A stretch of DNA of 61,297 nucleotides, the filler included. It is 6 parts of 6 records of this genome, joined end to end, with 100 filler letters (N's around TTAATTAATTAA, not from the genome) between each part and the next. Parts side by side here need not be neighbours in the genome. Positions count along the whole stretch, not along the records: positions 1 to 22,957 come from SRR31156797_24381; 5 more parts are not named here. One strand, written 5' to 3'. Positions 10,015-20,047 of this stretch are shown here, piece by piece. Within the stretch, counting starts at the first letter, position 1; every line of letters starts with the position of its first letter. A program made the translations under genes and the position numbers. The notes beneath the pieces were generated by a model. The model worked only from the letters and a program-made list of their open reading frames with translations. It was not told the origin of the DNA and made no database searches.

Positions 10015-10923
10015 TTGATGCGTGAACTTGTGATTTTAAGTGGGAAGGGCGGCACCGGTAAAACCAGCCTTACAGCTGCCTTTGCCTACCTGGCGCAAAA
10101 TAATGTTATATGTGATGCCGATGTGGATGCGGCAGACCTGCATTTACTTGCACAACCCGAAGTGAAAACGATTACTGATTTTATGGGGGGCGGGTTAGCT
10201 CAGATTGTTACCGATTCATGCACAGAGTGCGGTACATGTCGTGAGGTTTGTCGTTTTAGCGCCATAGACGAGAACTATACTGTTAATCCCATCGGTTGCG
10301 AAGGGTGCGGTGTCTGCGTTGATATGTGCCCCGAAGGTGCTATTGATTTTCCGCCGCAAAAATGCGGGGAATGGTTTCTCTCAGACTCGAGATTTGGACC
10401 AATGGTGCATGCTAGGTTAGGCATTGCCGAGGAAAATTCAGGTAAACTTGTCAGCCTGGTGCGTAAGGAAGCAAGAGAGCTTGCAGAAGAAAAGGGGCAT
10501 GACCTCTTAATCACTGATGGCCCTCCTGGCATTGGGTGCCCTGTTATTGCCTCAATAAGTGGCGCTACCGCTTTGGTTATTGTTGTCGAACCTACTGTTT
10601 CAGGTATCCATGACATGTTACGGGTAGCTGAATTGGCAGCACATTTTCAGATACCAGGTATGGTTTTAGTCAACAAATATGATTTGAATCAAGAGTTTAC
10701 AGTTTCTATTGAGAAGGCAGCTGTTGAGAGAAATATGAAGGTGCTTGGCAGAGTCCCGTTTGATACCATTTTTGTGAAATCAATGGTTAAGGGCGTTAAC
10801 ATTTTCGAATATGAAAAAGATTCTCCAACCCTGCAGGCGGTACGGGAAATATGGGGAAAAATAATGAATGCACCAGTGCTCAACAATATGGGTGTGGTGG
10901 ACTTAAAGGCAACAATCCAATAA
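10015..10923 (+). CDS. second MinD-superfamily ATPase with inserted ferredoxin domain
   Basis: SGKGGTGKTS, DADVDAADL, two ferredoxin Cys motifs, DGPPGIGCP. Confidence 0.92.
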   Translation: MMRELVILSGKGGTGKTSLTAAFAYLAQNNVICDADVDAADLHLLAQPEVKTITDFMGGGLAQIVTDSCTECGTCREVCRFSAIDENYTVNPIGCEGCGVCVDMCPEGAIDFPPQKCGEWFLSDSRFGPMVHARLGIAEENSGKLVSLVRKEARELAEEKGHDLLITDGPPGIGCPVIASISGATALVIVVEPTVSGIHDMLRVAELAAHFQIPGMVLVNKYDLNQEFTVSIEKAAVERNMKVLGRVPFDTIFVKSMVKGVNIFEYEKDSPTLQAVREIWGKIMNAPVLNNMGVVDLKATIQ

Positions 10924-10947
10924 TAATAAAAGTGAAAAGGAAGAAAG

Positions 10948-11331
10948 ATGGCAATGATGAGAGTAGCAATTCCCTCGAATGGTAATGGCGGTTTAGATGG
11001 CACACGTGCCGGTCACTTCGGCCATTGCGATGTCTTTACTTTTGTTGATTTTGAAGACGGGGAAATTAAAGACGTAACAACCCTTCCTAACAAAGAGCAC
11101 GTTCAGGGGGGATGCATGGTCCCTGTCAACCTGCTGGCAGAAAATAACGTCAATGCTCTTGTTGTTGGTGGTATAGGCATGCGCCCATTGATGGGATTTC
11201 GTCAGGTCGGAATTGATGTATATCATGATTCGGTTCGAGCAGAGATCAAGCCGGTGGTTGATGACTTTTTAGCGGGTAAGCTTCCCTTGATCAGTGACAA
11301 TGACGTTTGCGGCGGTGGCGGCGGACAGTAA
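10948..11331 (+). CDS. NifB/NifX family protein
   Basis: RVAIPS, GHFGHCD, HVQGGC, GGIGMRP, C-terminal CGGG. Confidence 0.85.
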   Translation: MAMMRVAIPSNGNGGLDGTRAGHFGHCDVFTFVDFEDGEIKDVTTLPNKEHVQGGCMVPVNLLAENNVNALVVGGIGMRPLMGFRQVGIDVYHDSVRAEIKPVVDDFLAGKLPLISDNDVCGGGGGQ

Positions 11332-11338
11332 TTCCTCT

Positions 11339-11447
11339 TGATCCGTCCGGTAAAAAATATTTTGTATTACTTTCAGGGTTTCTCCTACCTCGAAACGCTT
11401 GTTTCTTTTCTGAATGTACTGACATTTTACCGGACGGATCATTTTTT
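11339..11447 (+). repeat. 17-bp perfect inverted repeat enclosing ~70 nt, followed by a T-tract (intra-operon hairpin)
   Basis: TGATCCGTCCGGTAAAA (11339-11355) / TTTTACCGGACGGATCA (11425-11441), then TTTTTT. Confidence 0.75.
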
Positions 11448-11461
11448 ATGGAGATAATAAC

Positions 11462-11821
11462 ATGAAGATAGCGATAACTGCAAAGGGTGCTACTTTGGAC
11501 AGCGAAGTTGATCCACGCTTCGGAAGAGCACGTTATATCATGATTGTTGATACAGATTCTTTAGCTTTTGAAGCAGTAGATAATACTGAAAATATCAATG
11601 CATTTAAGGGGGCTGGGATTCAGGCTGCGACCATGGTAAGTGATAAGGGTGCAGAAGTTCTGCTTACTGGCTATTGTGGACCTAAGGCTTTCCAGACCAT
11701 TGAAGCTGCAGGGGTTAAGGTTGTCAGTGATGTTACCGGTACCGTTGCCCAGGCTGTTGAGAAGATGAAAAGCGGCGATGTTACCTACACAGATAGTGCC
11801 AATACCGATGGACATTGGTAA
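11462..11821 (+). CDS. orange protein (ORP)-like NifB/NifX family protein
   Basis: DPRFGRA signature, GAGIQAA, TGYCGPKAF; GGAG SD. Confidence 0.88.
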   Translation: MKIAITAKGATLDSEVDPRFGRARYIMIVDTDSLAFEAVDNTENINAFKGAGIQAATMVSDKGAEVLLTGYCGPKAFQTIEAAGVKVVSDVTGTVAQAVEKMKSGDVTYTDSANTDGHW

Positions 11822-11908
11822 AGATATGCCAGTCAGTCAACCTTGAGGGATAACAAGGGGTACCGTTGGTTTATTGTGCCTCAGCGATTGAAAAGGAAGA
11901 CGTAGTAC

Positions 11909-12352
11909 ATGAATGACGAACAGTTTAACGCCATGGTTGATTCAATCCAGGAACAGGTATTTGATGATGCCAAAGAGGCGTATGGTACGGTTGGGTTTGA
12001 GCGTTGGCGTAACCTGCGTTTTCACGGTAGAATGGATGATGCCCATGTTCAAGGGCGTATTACAGGAGTCTGTGGGGATACGATGGAAATGTTTCTGAAG
12101 ATCGAAGAGGATCGGGTAACAGAAGCTTCGTATACAACAGATGGGTGTGGATCTAGTAATGTCTGCGGTTCTTTTGCTGCGGAAATCGCCATTGGTAAAA
12201 CCGTGGAACAGATTTTTGATTTGACTGGTGAGGATGTGCTTAGCAAGATCGGCCAATTTCCCCAGCAGGAAGAGCATTGCGCTTATCTGGCAATAAAGAC
12301 GGTGCAGGATGCCGTTAATAACTATATGGTCAAGAAAGTACAGTCAAGCTGA
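11909..12352 (+). CDS. NifU/IscU-like Fe-S scaffold protein
   Basis: Three conserved Cys: CGDTM, DGCGSS, EEHCA. Confidence 0.85.
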   Translation: MNDEQFNAMVDSIQEQVFDDAKEAYGTVGFERWRNLRFHGRMDDAHVQGRITGVCGDTMEMFLKIEEDRVTEASYTTDGCGSSNVCGSFAAEIAIGKTVEQIFDLTGEDVLSKIGQFPQQEEHCAYLAIKTVQDAVNNYMVKKVQSS

Positions 12353-12633
12353 TTACTTTGACCAGACAAGGGGGAGCAACTTTAGAATTGACGCTACTCC
12401 TTTATATTATCGATTCTCAATCCTCCACCGACCGGTAAACTTACTGTCGCGGCAGCAGGCTGTCTCTAGCAGCGGGGGCCGGTGGAGATTGTCTGTTTAC
12501 TTGGACCTGTGATTGTTAAAGACAATTTGCAGGGTCCGGTTTTCCCTCTCAAAGAAAAATGTGTTTTTCTGCTTCTCTTCTCATTTTTTGACGATCAAAT
12601 TTCTCTTTTGTTCGTCTGCATTCAAAAATAGTT

Positions 12634-14559
12634 TTAAATTTGAACAATCTGTCCGGTTTCCCTGGTTGAATACCCGCCCATAGATTCCAGTGTTTGTTGA
12701 AAGGGCTGTGAGTTGATGATAGCGAGAAGTGTTTGAATCATCGGCAGCTGCATATAGTCATCATCTATAAGAAGGTCGTACCGTTCCTCTGTCACTGGGA
12801 TAAAATCAAGTTCCAAGGCTTTGGCAGCGCTCATTATTCCCAATCCCATATCAGCTTTTCCCGAAAGAACCGCCACTGCCACAGCCATATGGGTGTATTC
12901 ATCATGGTCGTATCCCGAAATATCGTCAGGGTCGATGTCGTTGTTTTCGAGTTCGTAATCCAACAGGACTCTTGTCCCCGAACCCGCTTGTCGGTTGATA
13001 AAAGTGACATCATCACGAAGCATGTCCTGGATAGTTTGAATGGCTTTAGGATTTCCTTTTTTGATGATGAATCCCTGCTGTCGGTGGGCCAGGGTGATGA
13101 TTGAAATCTTACGATCTGCCAGGTATTTTTTTATAAAGGCGATGTTGTACGTACCTGTTTTTGGATCAAGCAGGTGTGATCCCGCAATATGAGTCATGGA
13201 TTTCTGCATTGCCATGATACCGCCCAATGATCCCACATGGGTGGAGGCCAGGTAATAAGCAGGGGTGTGCTGTTGAAGCGAATCTCTCAATAGGTCTAGG
13301 CTTAAGTCGTGGCTGCCGGTGCTGAGTATGGTCCGTTCTATTGTTTTTTTTGGTTGTAGTAGTTCAAGTTCTGCCAGGCTGCCGCGTGATTCACCTTCTG
13401 AGGAGGCATCAATATGGAGCATGGCGTTAGCCCGGGTAAGGGTGGTTATAGCACCGGAGCCTTTTTTCAGGGGAACTGCCACATAATTTTCTCCAATTTT
13501 CCCTGTTATCATGCGTCTGAACTCTTCAATACCGCTCTGGGAGGGGATGTCTTTTGCGAGGATAGCGGGCACGCAAACAGATTCCGGTAGAATTATTCCC
13601 TGCATCTGTGCCAGCAGCGGCATTACAAACTGCTCAAAGGCAATGATCGCGGAAACCGGGTAGCCGGGAATCCCGACAACCGGCTTGTCATTAACCGTGG
13701 CCAAGATGGTAGGTTTGCCAGGCATGATGGTAACGCCATGAACCAGGATTTCACCGAGGTCGTCGATGATTTGGGCTGTATAGTCTGCGCTGCCAGCTGA
13801 TGAACCTGCATTGACTACCAGCATATCGGTATCGGTTTCCAGGTTGTTTTTGATATGCTCTTTTAGGGTTTCGTAGTCATCAGCAATGATGTCTGTAACC
13901 CGAACGGTGGCCCCGGCTTTTTCAGCAAGCCCTGCCAGTACTGCTGAGTTGGATTCGATGGTCTTTCCCGGTGGAGGCGTCTGGGTAGAATCTTTCAGGG
14001 GAATCAGCTCAGAACCTGTGGGAACAATGGTGATCACAGGCTTTCTGCGAACCTCTACTGTGGTACAGCCTGCGGTGATCATAGCCGCGATATCGGCGGG
14101 TTGGATCTGGTGTCCGGTGGGAAAAAGCAACTCTGTGGCAACAATATCTTCACCAACCTTGCGTACATGCTGCCAGGGAAACACTGGCTCCCTAATGACG
14201 GCCTTGCTGTTATCATTATCCAGGAGGATGTTTTCAACCATGATGACCGCATCTTTCTCTGGCGGCAAGGGGTGCCCTGTGTTGATAAGTGCTGCCTGCT
14301 CGCCAGCTATGTCCAGGGTTACCGGGTTGTCATCGGCAGCGAGAAAGGTATCTTCGGCCACTACGGCAATGCCGTCCATGGCAGCAGAATGAAAGGAGGG
14401 AGCTGAAAGTCTAGCAATAATGGGAGCAGCTGTTATGCGACCGCAACTCTCTTTTACATTAATGGTTTCTGTATGTGTTGTTAAACTGGTAAAGCGAGAC
14501 CAGAAAATATCCTGAGCATTTTTTCTGGATTGCATCTTAAGGTAAATCTTTCTTTTCAT
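12634..14559 (-). CDS. moeA: MoeA fused to C-terminal periplasmic-binding-protein-like domain
   Basis: SAAMDGIAV, PTGSEL, GSSAGSADY, PGKPT, PGYPVS; then GSHDL, GSLGG, NRQAGSGTR, EERYDL. Confidence 0.92.
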   Translation of the reverse strand: MKRKIYLKMQSRKNAQDIFWSRFTSLTTHTETINVKESCGRITAAPIIARLSAPSFHSAAMDGIAVVAEDTFLAADDNPVTLDIAGEQAALINTGHPLPPEKDAVIMVENILLDNDNSKAVIREPVFPWQHVRKVGEDIVATELLFPTGHQIQPADIAAMITAGCTTVEVRRKPVITIVPTGSELIPLKDSTQTPPPGKTIESNSAVLAGLAEKAGATVRVTDIIADDYETLKEHIKNNLETDTDMLVVNAGSSAGSADYTAQIIDDLGEILVHGVTIMPGKPTILATVNDKPVVGIPGYPVSAIIAFEQFVMPLLAQMQGIILPESVCVPAILAKDIPSQSGIEEFRRMITGKIGENYVAVPLKKGSGAITTLTRANAMLHIDASSEGESRGSLAELELLQPKKTIERTILSTGSHDLSLDLLRDSLQQHTPAYYLASTHVGSLGGIMAMQKSMTHIAGSHLLDPKTGTYNIAFIKKYLADRKISIITLAHRQQGFIIKKGNPKAIQTIQDMLRDDVTFINRQAGSGTRVLLDYELENNDIDPDDISGYDHDEYTHMAVAVAVLSGKADMGLGIMSAAKALELDFIPVTEERYDLLIDDDYMQLPMIQTLLAIINSQPFQQTLESMGGYSTRETGQIVQI

Positions 14560-14768
14560 GACAGCTCCGGCTGTTGTTGTAGTATTTCTTAAAAGGAGAA
14601 AACCTGCGTTTTTGATTGTTTCTGAAAGTGATGCAGGTGCTCTTCTCTTGGTGCAGCAGTCTCGTGTTTCGAGCTATGGAATTGCGCTAAAAAAACACAT
14701 AGACAAAGGCTATGCGAATTTTTTCGCGCCTTGAAAATAAACTTGATACATTTATTTCGTTACAGTCC

Positions 14769-16007
14769 CTAAGGAAAAAGGAGCACCGTTGCTTCTGTTC
14801 CTTTGTCTAACCCTTCGACATCCCGACCAATGGTCAACAATCCATCAGCCTGCACTAAGGGCTTGAGCAGGCCTGACTTACCGTAAATAGGTGTGGCATG
14901 GGGAGGGCTGTCCTCAGCTTGTGGAGTCACCTGCACCCGGACATATTCTTCACGGCCAATGGTTGATGGAATTTGCTGGCTTGTGATTGCTCGGATTGCC
15001 TGGAGTCCCATTGTACAGGGGCGTCCCTGGAGTTTATGGAGCAGTGGACGGACAAAAAGATAAAAAACGACCATAGCTGACGCTACATGGCCTGGTAGAC
15101 CAAATAAGGCTTGGTTCCCCAGGCTGGCAAGGATGGTAGGCTTTCCTGGGCGGATCGCTACTCCGTGAGCCAGTAACTGGGTCTGCGGTATCTGTTCCAG
15201 GACCTGCAGGGTGAAATCTCTTCGTCCCACAGAACTGCCACCGGAAAGGAGTAGTACATCCGCCTCTTGCAGGGCCTCGATACAAGCCTCTTTCATTGTG
15301 TTGAGATCATCGCCGATGATGCCTAGAGGAAGTGGTATGCCCCCCGCTTCTGTAACCAGTGCCGCCAGGGTGGTTGAGTTGATATCCCGTATTTGCCCGG
15401 GACCTGGTTGCTGGTTCGGTGATACTAGCTCGTCGCCGGTTGATATGATAGCTACCCGTGGTTGACGATACACTGGTATCGATGTGATTCCCAGCCCGGC
15501 GAGAACTCCAAGGTCTGCAGGACGAAGTTTTCTGCCCTGTTGAAGGACAGCAGCACCTTCCTGGTAATCTTCTCCTGCGCGAGTGGTGTTTTGCCCTGGA
15601 GCCACTGGGCGAAAGATTTCGACGGTTTGGTCGTCGAGTTGGTGGGTGTATTCCACCATAACCACGCCATCGCCTTTTTGGGGGAGCTCGCCGCCAGTCC
15701 AGATGCGTAGAGCCTGGCCTGGGCGGAGGGTGTACTGTCTGCCTGAACTGCCCATAGCTATTTCGCCTATCACATTCAGCAATGCAGGCTCTGACTCAGA
15801 ACAGCCAAAGGTATCCTTGGCCCTTACCGCATAGCCATCCATAGTGGACCGGGAAAAGGGCGGCAGGTTTTCTCCGGCCAGGATGTCATCGCTTAAAACA
15901 CGTTGGTGACCTTTGGCAAGCGGCAGTGTCTCTGTTGCAAGGGAAAGAAATTGTTCGAAGAGCCCTGTGAATTCATTGGAGCTGATAAGCTTGAAAAAAC
16001 CTTTCAT
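14769..16007 (-). CDS. moeA: molybdopterin molybdo/tungstotransferase MoeA
   Basis: LPPFSRSTMDGYAV, STGDEL, SGGSSVG, RPGKPT, LPGH. Confidence 0.93.
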   Translation of the reverse strand: MKGFFKLISSNEFTGLFEQFLSLATETLPLAKGHQRVLSDDILAGENLPPFSRSTMDGYAVRAKDTFGCSESEPALLNVIGEIAMGSSGRQYTLRPGQALRIWTGGELPQKGDGVVMVEYTHQLDDQTVEIFRPVAPGQNTTRAGEDYQEGAAVLQQGRKLRPADLGVLAGLGITSIPVYRQPRVAIISTGDELVSPNQQPGPGQIRDINSTTLAALVTEAGGIPLPLGIIGDDLNTMKEACIEALQEADVLLLSGGSSVGRRDFTLQVLEQIPQTQLLAHGVAIRPGKPTILASLGNQALFGLPGHVASAMVVFYLFVRPLLHKLQGRPCTMGLQAIRAITSQQIPSTIGREEYVRVQVTPQAEDSPPHATPIYGKSGLLKPLVQADGLLTIGRDVEGLDKGTEATVLLFP

Positions 16008-16259
16008 GGGTAAAATAATTTATAGTGTTTTTTTGGAAAAACGGGCGTGAGCCGGGAAAGCTGCCTGAGCGCTGTTTACGTTTATCTGTTAGTTGCTGCT
16101 TGGTCTTTGTGGCCCGCGGCCATGCAAATTTTATAATGCGGTGGGGGACTTTTTCACATCTGTTGGGAAATGGTTTGGGTAAAAAACGGTGATCCATAAA
16201 TCCATCCTTCTTTTTTACTGAGAGGACGCACTTTTTGCAACCATTTCCATCAATCAGGA

Positions 16260-16961
16260 TCAGGGAGCAGACGCTGGCATGTGGTCAAAGGTGAGGTGCT
16301 TAAGGTCAATCTGGGCCCAATTGTTGTGAAGCGGTGAAGCGATACCCAGTAAAAGTTTGACAGCCTCGCATGCCTGGAGACTGGCGATGGCGGCGACCGT
16401 AAAAGAGAGGACAGAAGGAGGATTTTGATCAGTGGATTGAGTGTTGTTGCCTGGATAGATGGCCGCTGCCAGGTTAAACCCAGGAAGCTGCACTCCGATT
16501 TGTCCGTACCAGCTTGTCACTGCTCCGTGCACAAGGGGGACGGCAAGTGTATTGCAAAGATCTGAGAGGTGGAATCGCGTTTCTATACTATCCAGGCAGT
16601 CAATAATAACATCTATACAATGTTCTTTTTGGGGCAAGTCATCCCTGAAGTCACAAGGTACAGCTTTGGGTATACACCATGTACCCATATCCAGAACACG
16701 TTGAGCAGCTACCTCTGCCTTATTTTTACCCATTGTCGAATTAAGGGCGTTAATCTGGCGGTTGCAGTTGCTGGGGCTGAATGTATCAGGGTCGTAGATG
16801 GTCAACCGGCCAATACCAATACGGGCAAGTTCCTCAATTACATAGCCGCCTAGCCCGCCGCAGCCGGCAATTGCAATATGGCTATTAGTCAGTAGTTGCT
16901 GTTGCGCGGCTGTGAGGGCGTCACTGTTTCTAGATAGTGTTTTTGGAAAAATGCTCGCCAT
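16260..16961 (-). CDS. MoeB/ThiF/HesA family adenylyltransferase
   Basis: GCGGLG, DPDTFSPSNCNRQ, DCLDS. Confidence 0.88.
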   Translation of the reverse strand: MASIFPKTLSRNSDALTAAQQQLLTNSHIAIAGCGGLGGYVIEELARIGIGRLTIYDPDTFSPSNCNRQINALNSTMGKNKAEVAAQRVLDMGTWCIPKAVPCDFRDDLPQKEHCIDVIIDCLDSIETRFHLSDLCNTLAVPLVHGAVTSWYGQIGVQLPGFNLAAAIYPGNNTQSTDQNPPSVLSFTVAAIASLQACEAVKLLLGIASPLHNNWAQIDLKHLTFDHMPASAP

Positions 16962-17233
16962 GTTTTTCTCTGGATATGAGTTAATGTCCCCTGTGTCTTG
17001 TTTATGATCAAGCTAAGTGTAATGTGAAAGGGTGTCAAGCAAATGGTGAGGTGCTGTTTTTTTCACAATAAGGAAGTTGGAGGAATTCTCCCTAATACGA
17101 GGGGTGTTATTTGTGGGTGCTTTTGGTTATTCTTGAAGAAAAAAGGTTGGTTGTAGCTTTTTAGTGTTGACGGGAAGGTAACAGAATGACCAATATATGA
17201 CAGCTAAGATATTGAAATAGGTAGGGAGAAACG

Positions 17234-18145
17234 ATGAGCAAGTTAATGACGACCAGAGAAGTTGCGGCATTTCTCAATGTTAATGAAAAGATGATTTATA
17301 CTTTGGTGGCTGATAAGGAATTGCCAGCGACCAAGGTAACAGGAAAATGGCTTTTTCCTCAACATCTGGTTGAGCAGTGGGTGGACAATAATACTACCAA
17401 CTTTCCCAAGCAGGCAGGGCAACTGCCGGCTGGCAAAGGGGTTATAATTCTTGCCGGCAGTAATGATCTGTTACTGGATCACGTTATTGCAATGTTTAAC
17501 GCCTCCATAAAAGGATGTTTGGCAGTGTTTGCTAATGTCGGCAGCATGGGGGGGATTCATGCCTTACGTCAGGGATTGTGTCATATCGCTTCCAGTCACC
17601 TGGTTCAGGATGATGATAGTGACTATAATTTTCAATTTGCTTTTGAAGAATTAAAGGCGATGCCTGTGGTCGTTAATTTTTGTAAACGGCAGCAGGGGCT
17701 GCTTTTTAAAAAAGACAACCCTCTGGGAATTAATGGGGTCGCTGATTTGGGGCGAGAAGGAGTCCGTATTGTCAATCGTCCCCTTGGTACAGGGACTAGG
17801 CTCCTTCTTGATAATGAATTGAAAAAAAGAGATTTGGCTGGCGAAAAAATTTCTGGCTATGATAATGAAGTTGCCAAACACCTTGATGTGGGGTTGGAAA
17901 TTTTAGCTGGGCGTGCCGACGTCGGCCCTGGGATAGAAGCTGTTGCTGGTGCTTTGGACCTTGGCTTTTTGCCACTGCGGTGGGAAAGATTTGATTTTTT
18001 AATCTCCCGCCATCTTTTTTTTGAAAAACCCATCCAACATTTTCTCGGACTATTGGAGCAGGATGAATTCAAAAAAACAGTCGCTCAAAAGGTGGGCTAC
18101 AACATAGACTTGTCGGGAAAAATGGTGTTTCAGATTGATGGATGA
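17234..18145 (+). CDS. excisionase-type HTH plus PBP-domain transcriptional regulator (TaoR-like)
   Basis: MTTREVAAFL...LPATKVTGKWLFP HTH_17 domain; GSNDL, GSMGG, NRPLGTGTR PBP domain; upstream of tupABC. Confidence 0.85.
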   Translation: MSKLMTTREVAAFLNVNEKMIYTLVADKELPATKVTGKWLFPQHLVEQWVDNNTTNFPKQAGQLPAGKGVIILAGSNDLLLDHVIAMFNASIKGCLAVFANVGSMGGIHALRQGLCHIASSHLVQDDDSDYNFQFAFEELKAMPVVVNFCKRQQGLLFKKDNPLGINGVADLGREGVRIVNRPLGTGTRLLLDNELKKRDLAGEKISGYDNEVAKHLDVGLEILAGRADVGPGIEAVAGALDLGFLPLRWERFDFLISRHLFFEKPIQHFLGLLEQDEFKKTVAQKVGYNIDLSGKMVFQIDG

Positions 18146-18192
18146 AATGGCCCATTGATTTATTATTGTATAACTAACAAAGAGGAGGAAAA

Positions 18193-19083
18193 ATGAAACA
18201 AATAACAGGAATTGTGGCCGCAGTACTATCGTGCCTTTTTATCACCGGACTGGCCCTGGCCAGTGAAAAGGTACTTAAAATGTCTACTACGACAAGTACC
18301 CAAGCCTCTGGCTTGCTTGATGTTTTACTGCCAGTCTTGGAAAAAGATACAGGTATAAAGGTTAAGGTAATTGCCAAGGGTACCGGTGCCGCCATCAGAG
18401 ACGGAAAAGATGGGAACGTAGATGTGATATTTGTCCATGCCAAAGGGCGTGAGGAAAAATTTGTTTCTGAAGGATATGGTACCAAGCGATATGCGGTTAT
18501 GCATAATGACTTTGTTATTCTGGGGCCTGAGAGCGACAAAGCCAAGATCCATGGCATGAAAGACGCTGCTACAGCCTTGAAAAAAGTAGCCGAGGCAAAA
18601 GCACCCTTTATTTCTCGTGGCGATGATTCAGGAACCCATACCAAGGAGCAGGCTTTGTGGAAGGCGACTGGCTTGCCTATGGAGACAGTGACTGCGGCGA
18701 TTGTTAAAAAGGGTAAAAAAGTTGAAGTTACCTCTGCCCATCCTACCGGATCGGACGACTGGTATTTTTCTGTGGGTCAGGGAATGGGTAAAACATTAAC
18801 CATTGCTGATGAAAAAGCGGCCTATACACTTGCCGACCGCGGGACCTATATCAAATATAAATTTGGTCGCGAAGTGCCCATTGATTTGGATGTACAGTGT
18901 GAAGGCGATGCTCTATTGGCAAACCCTTATGGTGTTATTCCGGTAAATCCTAAAAAACATCCCCATGTTAAGTATGAACTGGCAAAGGAATTTGCCGAGT
19001 GGATTACCTCTGAAAAAGGGCAAAATGTGATTAATGACTACCGTTTGCTTGATAAGCAGCTCTTTTACCCAGACGCACTGTAG
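18193..19083 (+). CDS. tupA: tungstate ABC transporter substrate-binding protein
   Basis: Signal peptide, TTTS signature, GTGAA, SRGDDSGTH, GQGMG, NPYGV. Confidence 0.93.
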   Translation: MKQITGIVAAVLSCLFITGLALASEKVLKMSTTTSTQASGLLDVLLPVLEKDTGIKVKVIAKGTGAAIRDGKDGNVDVIFVHAKGREEKFVSEGYGTKRYAVMHNDFVILGPESDKAKIHGMKDAATALKKVAEAKAPFISRGDDSGTHTKEQALWKATGLPMETVTAAIVKKGKKVEVTSAHPTGSDDWYFSVGQGMGKTLTIADEKAAYTLADRGTYIKYKFGREVPIDLDVQCEGDALLANPYGVIPVNPKKHPHVKYELAKEFAEWITSEKGQNVINDYRLLDKQLFYPDAL

Positions 19084-19126
19084 TCAACTGGGAGACGGTA
19101 CTGGCCGTATTCGCCATGTGTAGTTG

Positions 19127-19159
19127 AAAACGCGCATCCTGAAAAAGGATGCGCGTTTT
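19127..19159 (+). terminator. intrinsic terminator/stabilising hairpin between tupA and tupB
   Basis: AAAACGCGCATCCT-GAAAA-AGGATGCGCGTTTT followed by T-rich sequence. Confidence 0.75.
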
Positions 19160-19351
19160 GTGTTTGTATCCTTGATTGAATAATCAAAAAGCCCTTAATC
19201 CTATATGATTGATCAGTTAATAGATAGGCATACAAAGGCGGCTTTGATGGTGCAAAGGCTGTGTATGTTCGGTACTGTGAAAAAGCCACTCCACCGTAGG
19301 CAGAATCTTTACGACACAATTTTTTGTTAAGAGTATAAAATCTAGTATCTT

Positions 19352-20047
19352 ATGTCTTTTTTTATAGATAGTTTCCTTTCGGCAATCAGTCTGGTTTTTA
19401 CCCTTGACCCTGAGCTTTTTCAGGTGGTCGGGGTCTCGCTTCGGGTCAGTTGCATCTCCACACTTATGGCAGCTGTCGGCGGAATACCGCTGGGTTTTTT
19501 CATTGCCTATGGCAATATTCCAGGGAAAAGAGTGGTCATTACCCTACTCAATACCATGCTTGCCCTTCCCACCGTGGTTATCGGTTTGTTTATCTATGCC
19601 TTTATATCCAGGCGCGGGGTCCTTGGTGTTTTTGATCTGCTTTATACGCAGAATGCCATCATCATCGGTCAAATCGTGCTTATTACCCCTTTGATAGCTG
19701 CTTTAACGATTGCGGCGATAAGTCGGATTGATGAGCGTTATTCCAAGACCGCTAAAACCCTGGGTGCCAACTCGTTGCAGACAGTTCTCGTAATTTTACG
19801 GGAAGCGCAGTTTGGTATCTGTGCAGCTGTTATTTCTGCTTTTGGACGGGTTGTATCTGAGATAGGTATTTCCATGATGCTGGGGGGGAATATCAAAGGT
19901 TTTACCCGGACCATGACCACTGCAATGGCCCTGGAGTACGACAAAGGGTCTTTTACTTTAGCCGTCGCTCTTGGCCTCGTGTTGATGAGTATCAGTCTTA
20001 TGATGAATGTTTTGTTTAATTTTGTCCAGGGAAGAGGGCGTCTATAA
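19352..20047 (+). CDS. tupB: tungstate ABC transporter permease
   Basis: Hydrophobic; LPTVVIGL, FGRVVSEIG, GGNIKGFTRTMTTA. Confidence 0.92.
   Translation: MSFFIDSFLSAISLVFTLDPELFQVVGVSLRVSCISTLMAAVGGIPLGFFIAYGNIPGKRVVITLLNTMLALPTVVIGLFIYAFISRRGVLGVFDLLYTQNAIIIGQIVLITPLIAALTIAAISRIDERYSKTAKTLGANSLQTVLVILREAQFGICAAVISAFGRVVSEIGISMMLGGNIKGFTRTMTTAMALEYDKGSFTLAVALGLVLMSISLMMNVLFNFVQGRGRL

Noticed and set aside
15973-16197. 74-aa ORF between moeB-like and moeA as a possible MoaD
   Set aside because: No ubiquitin-like pattern or C-terminal GG; overlaps moeA.
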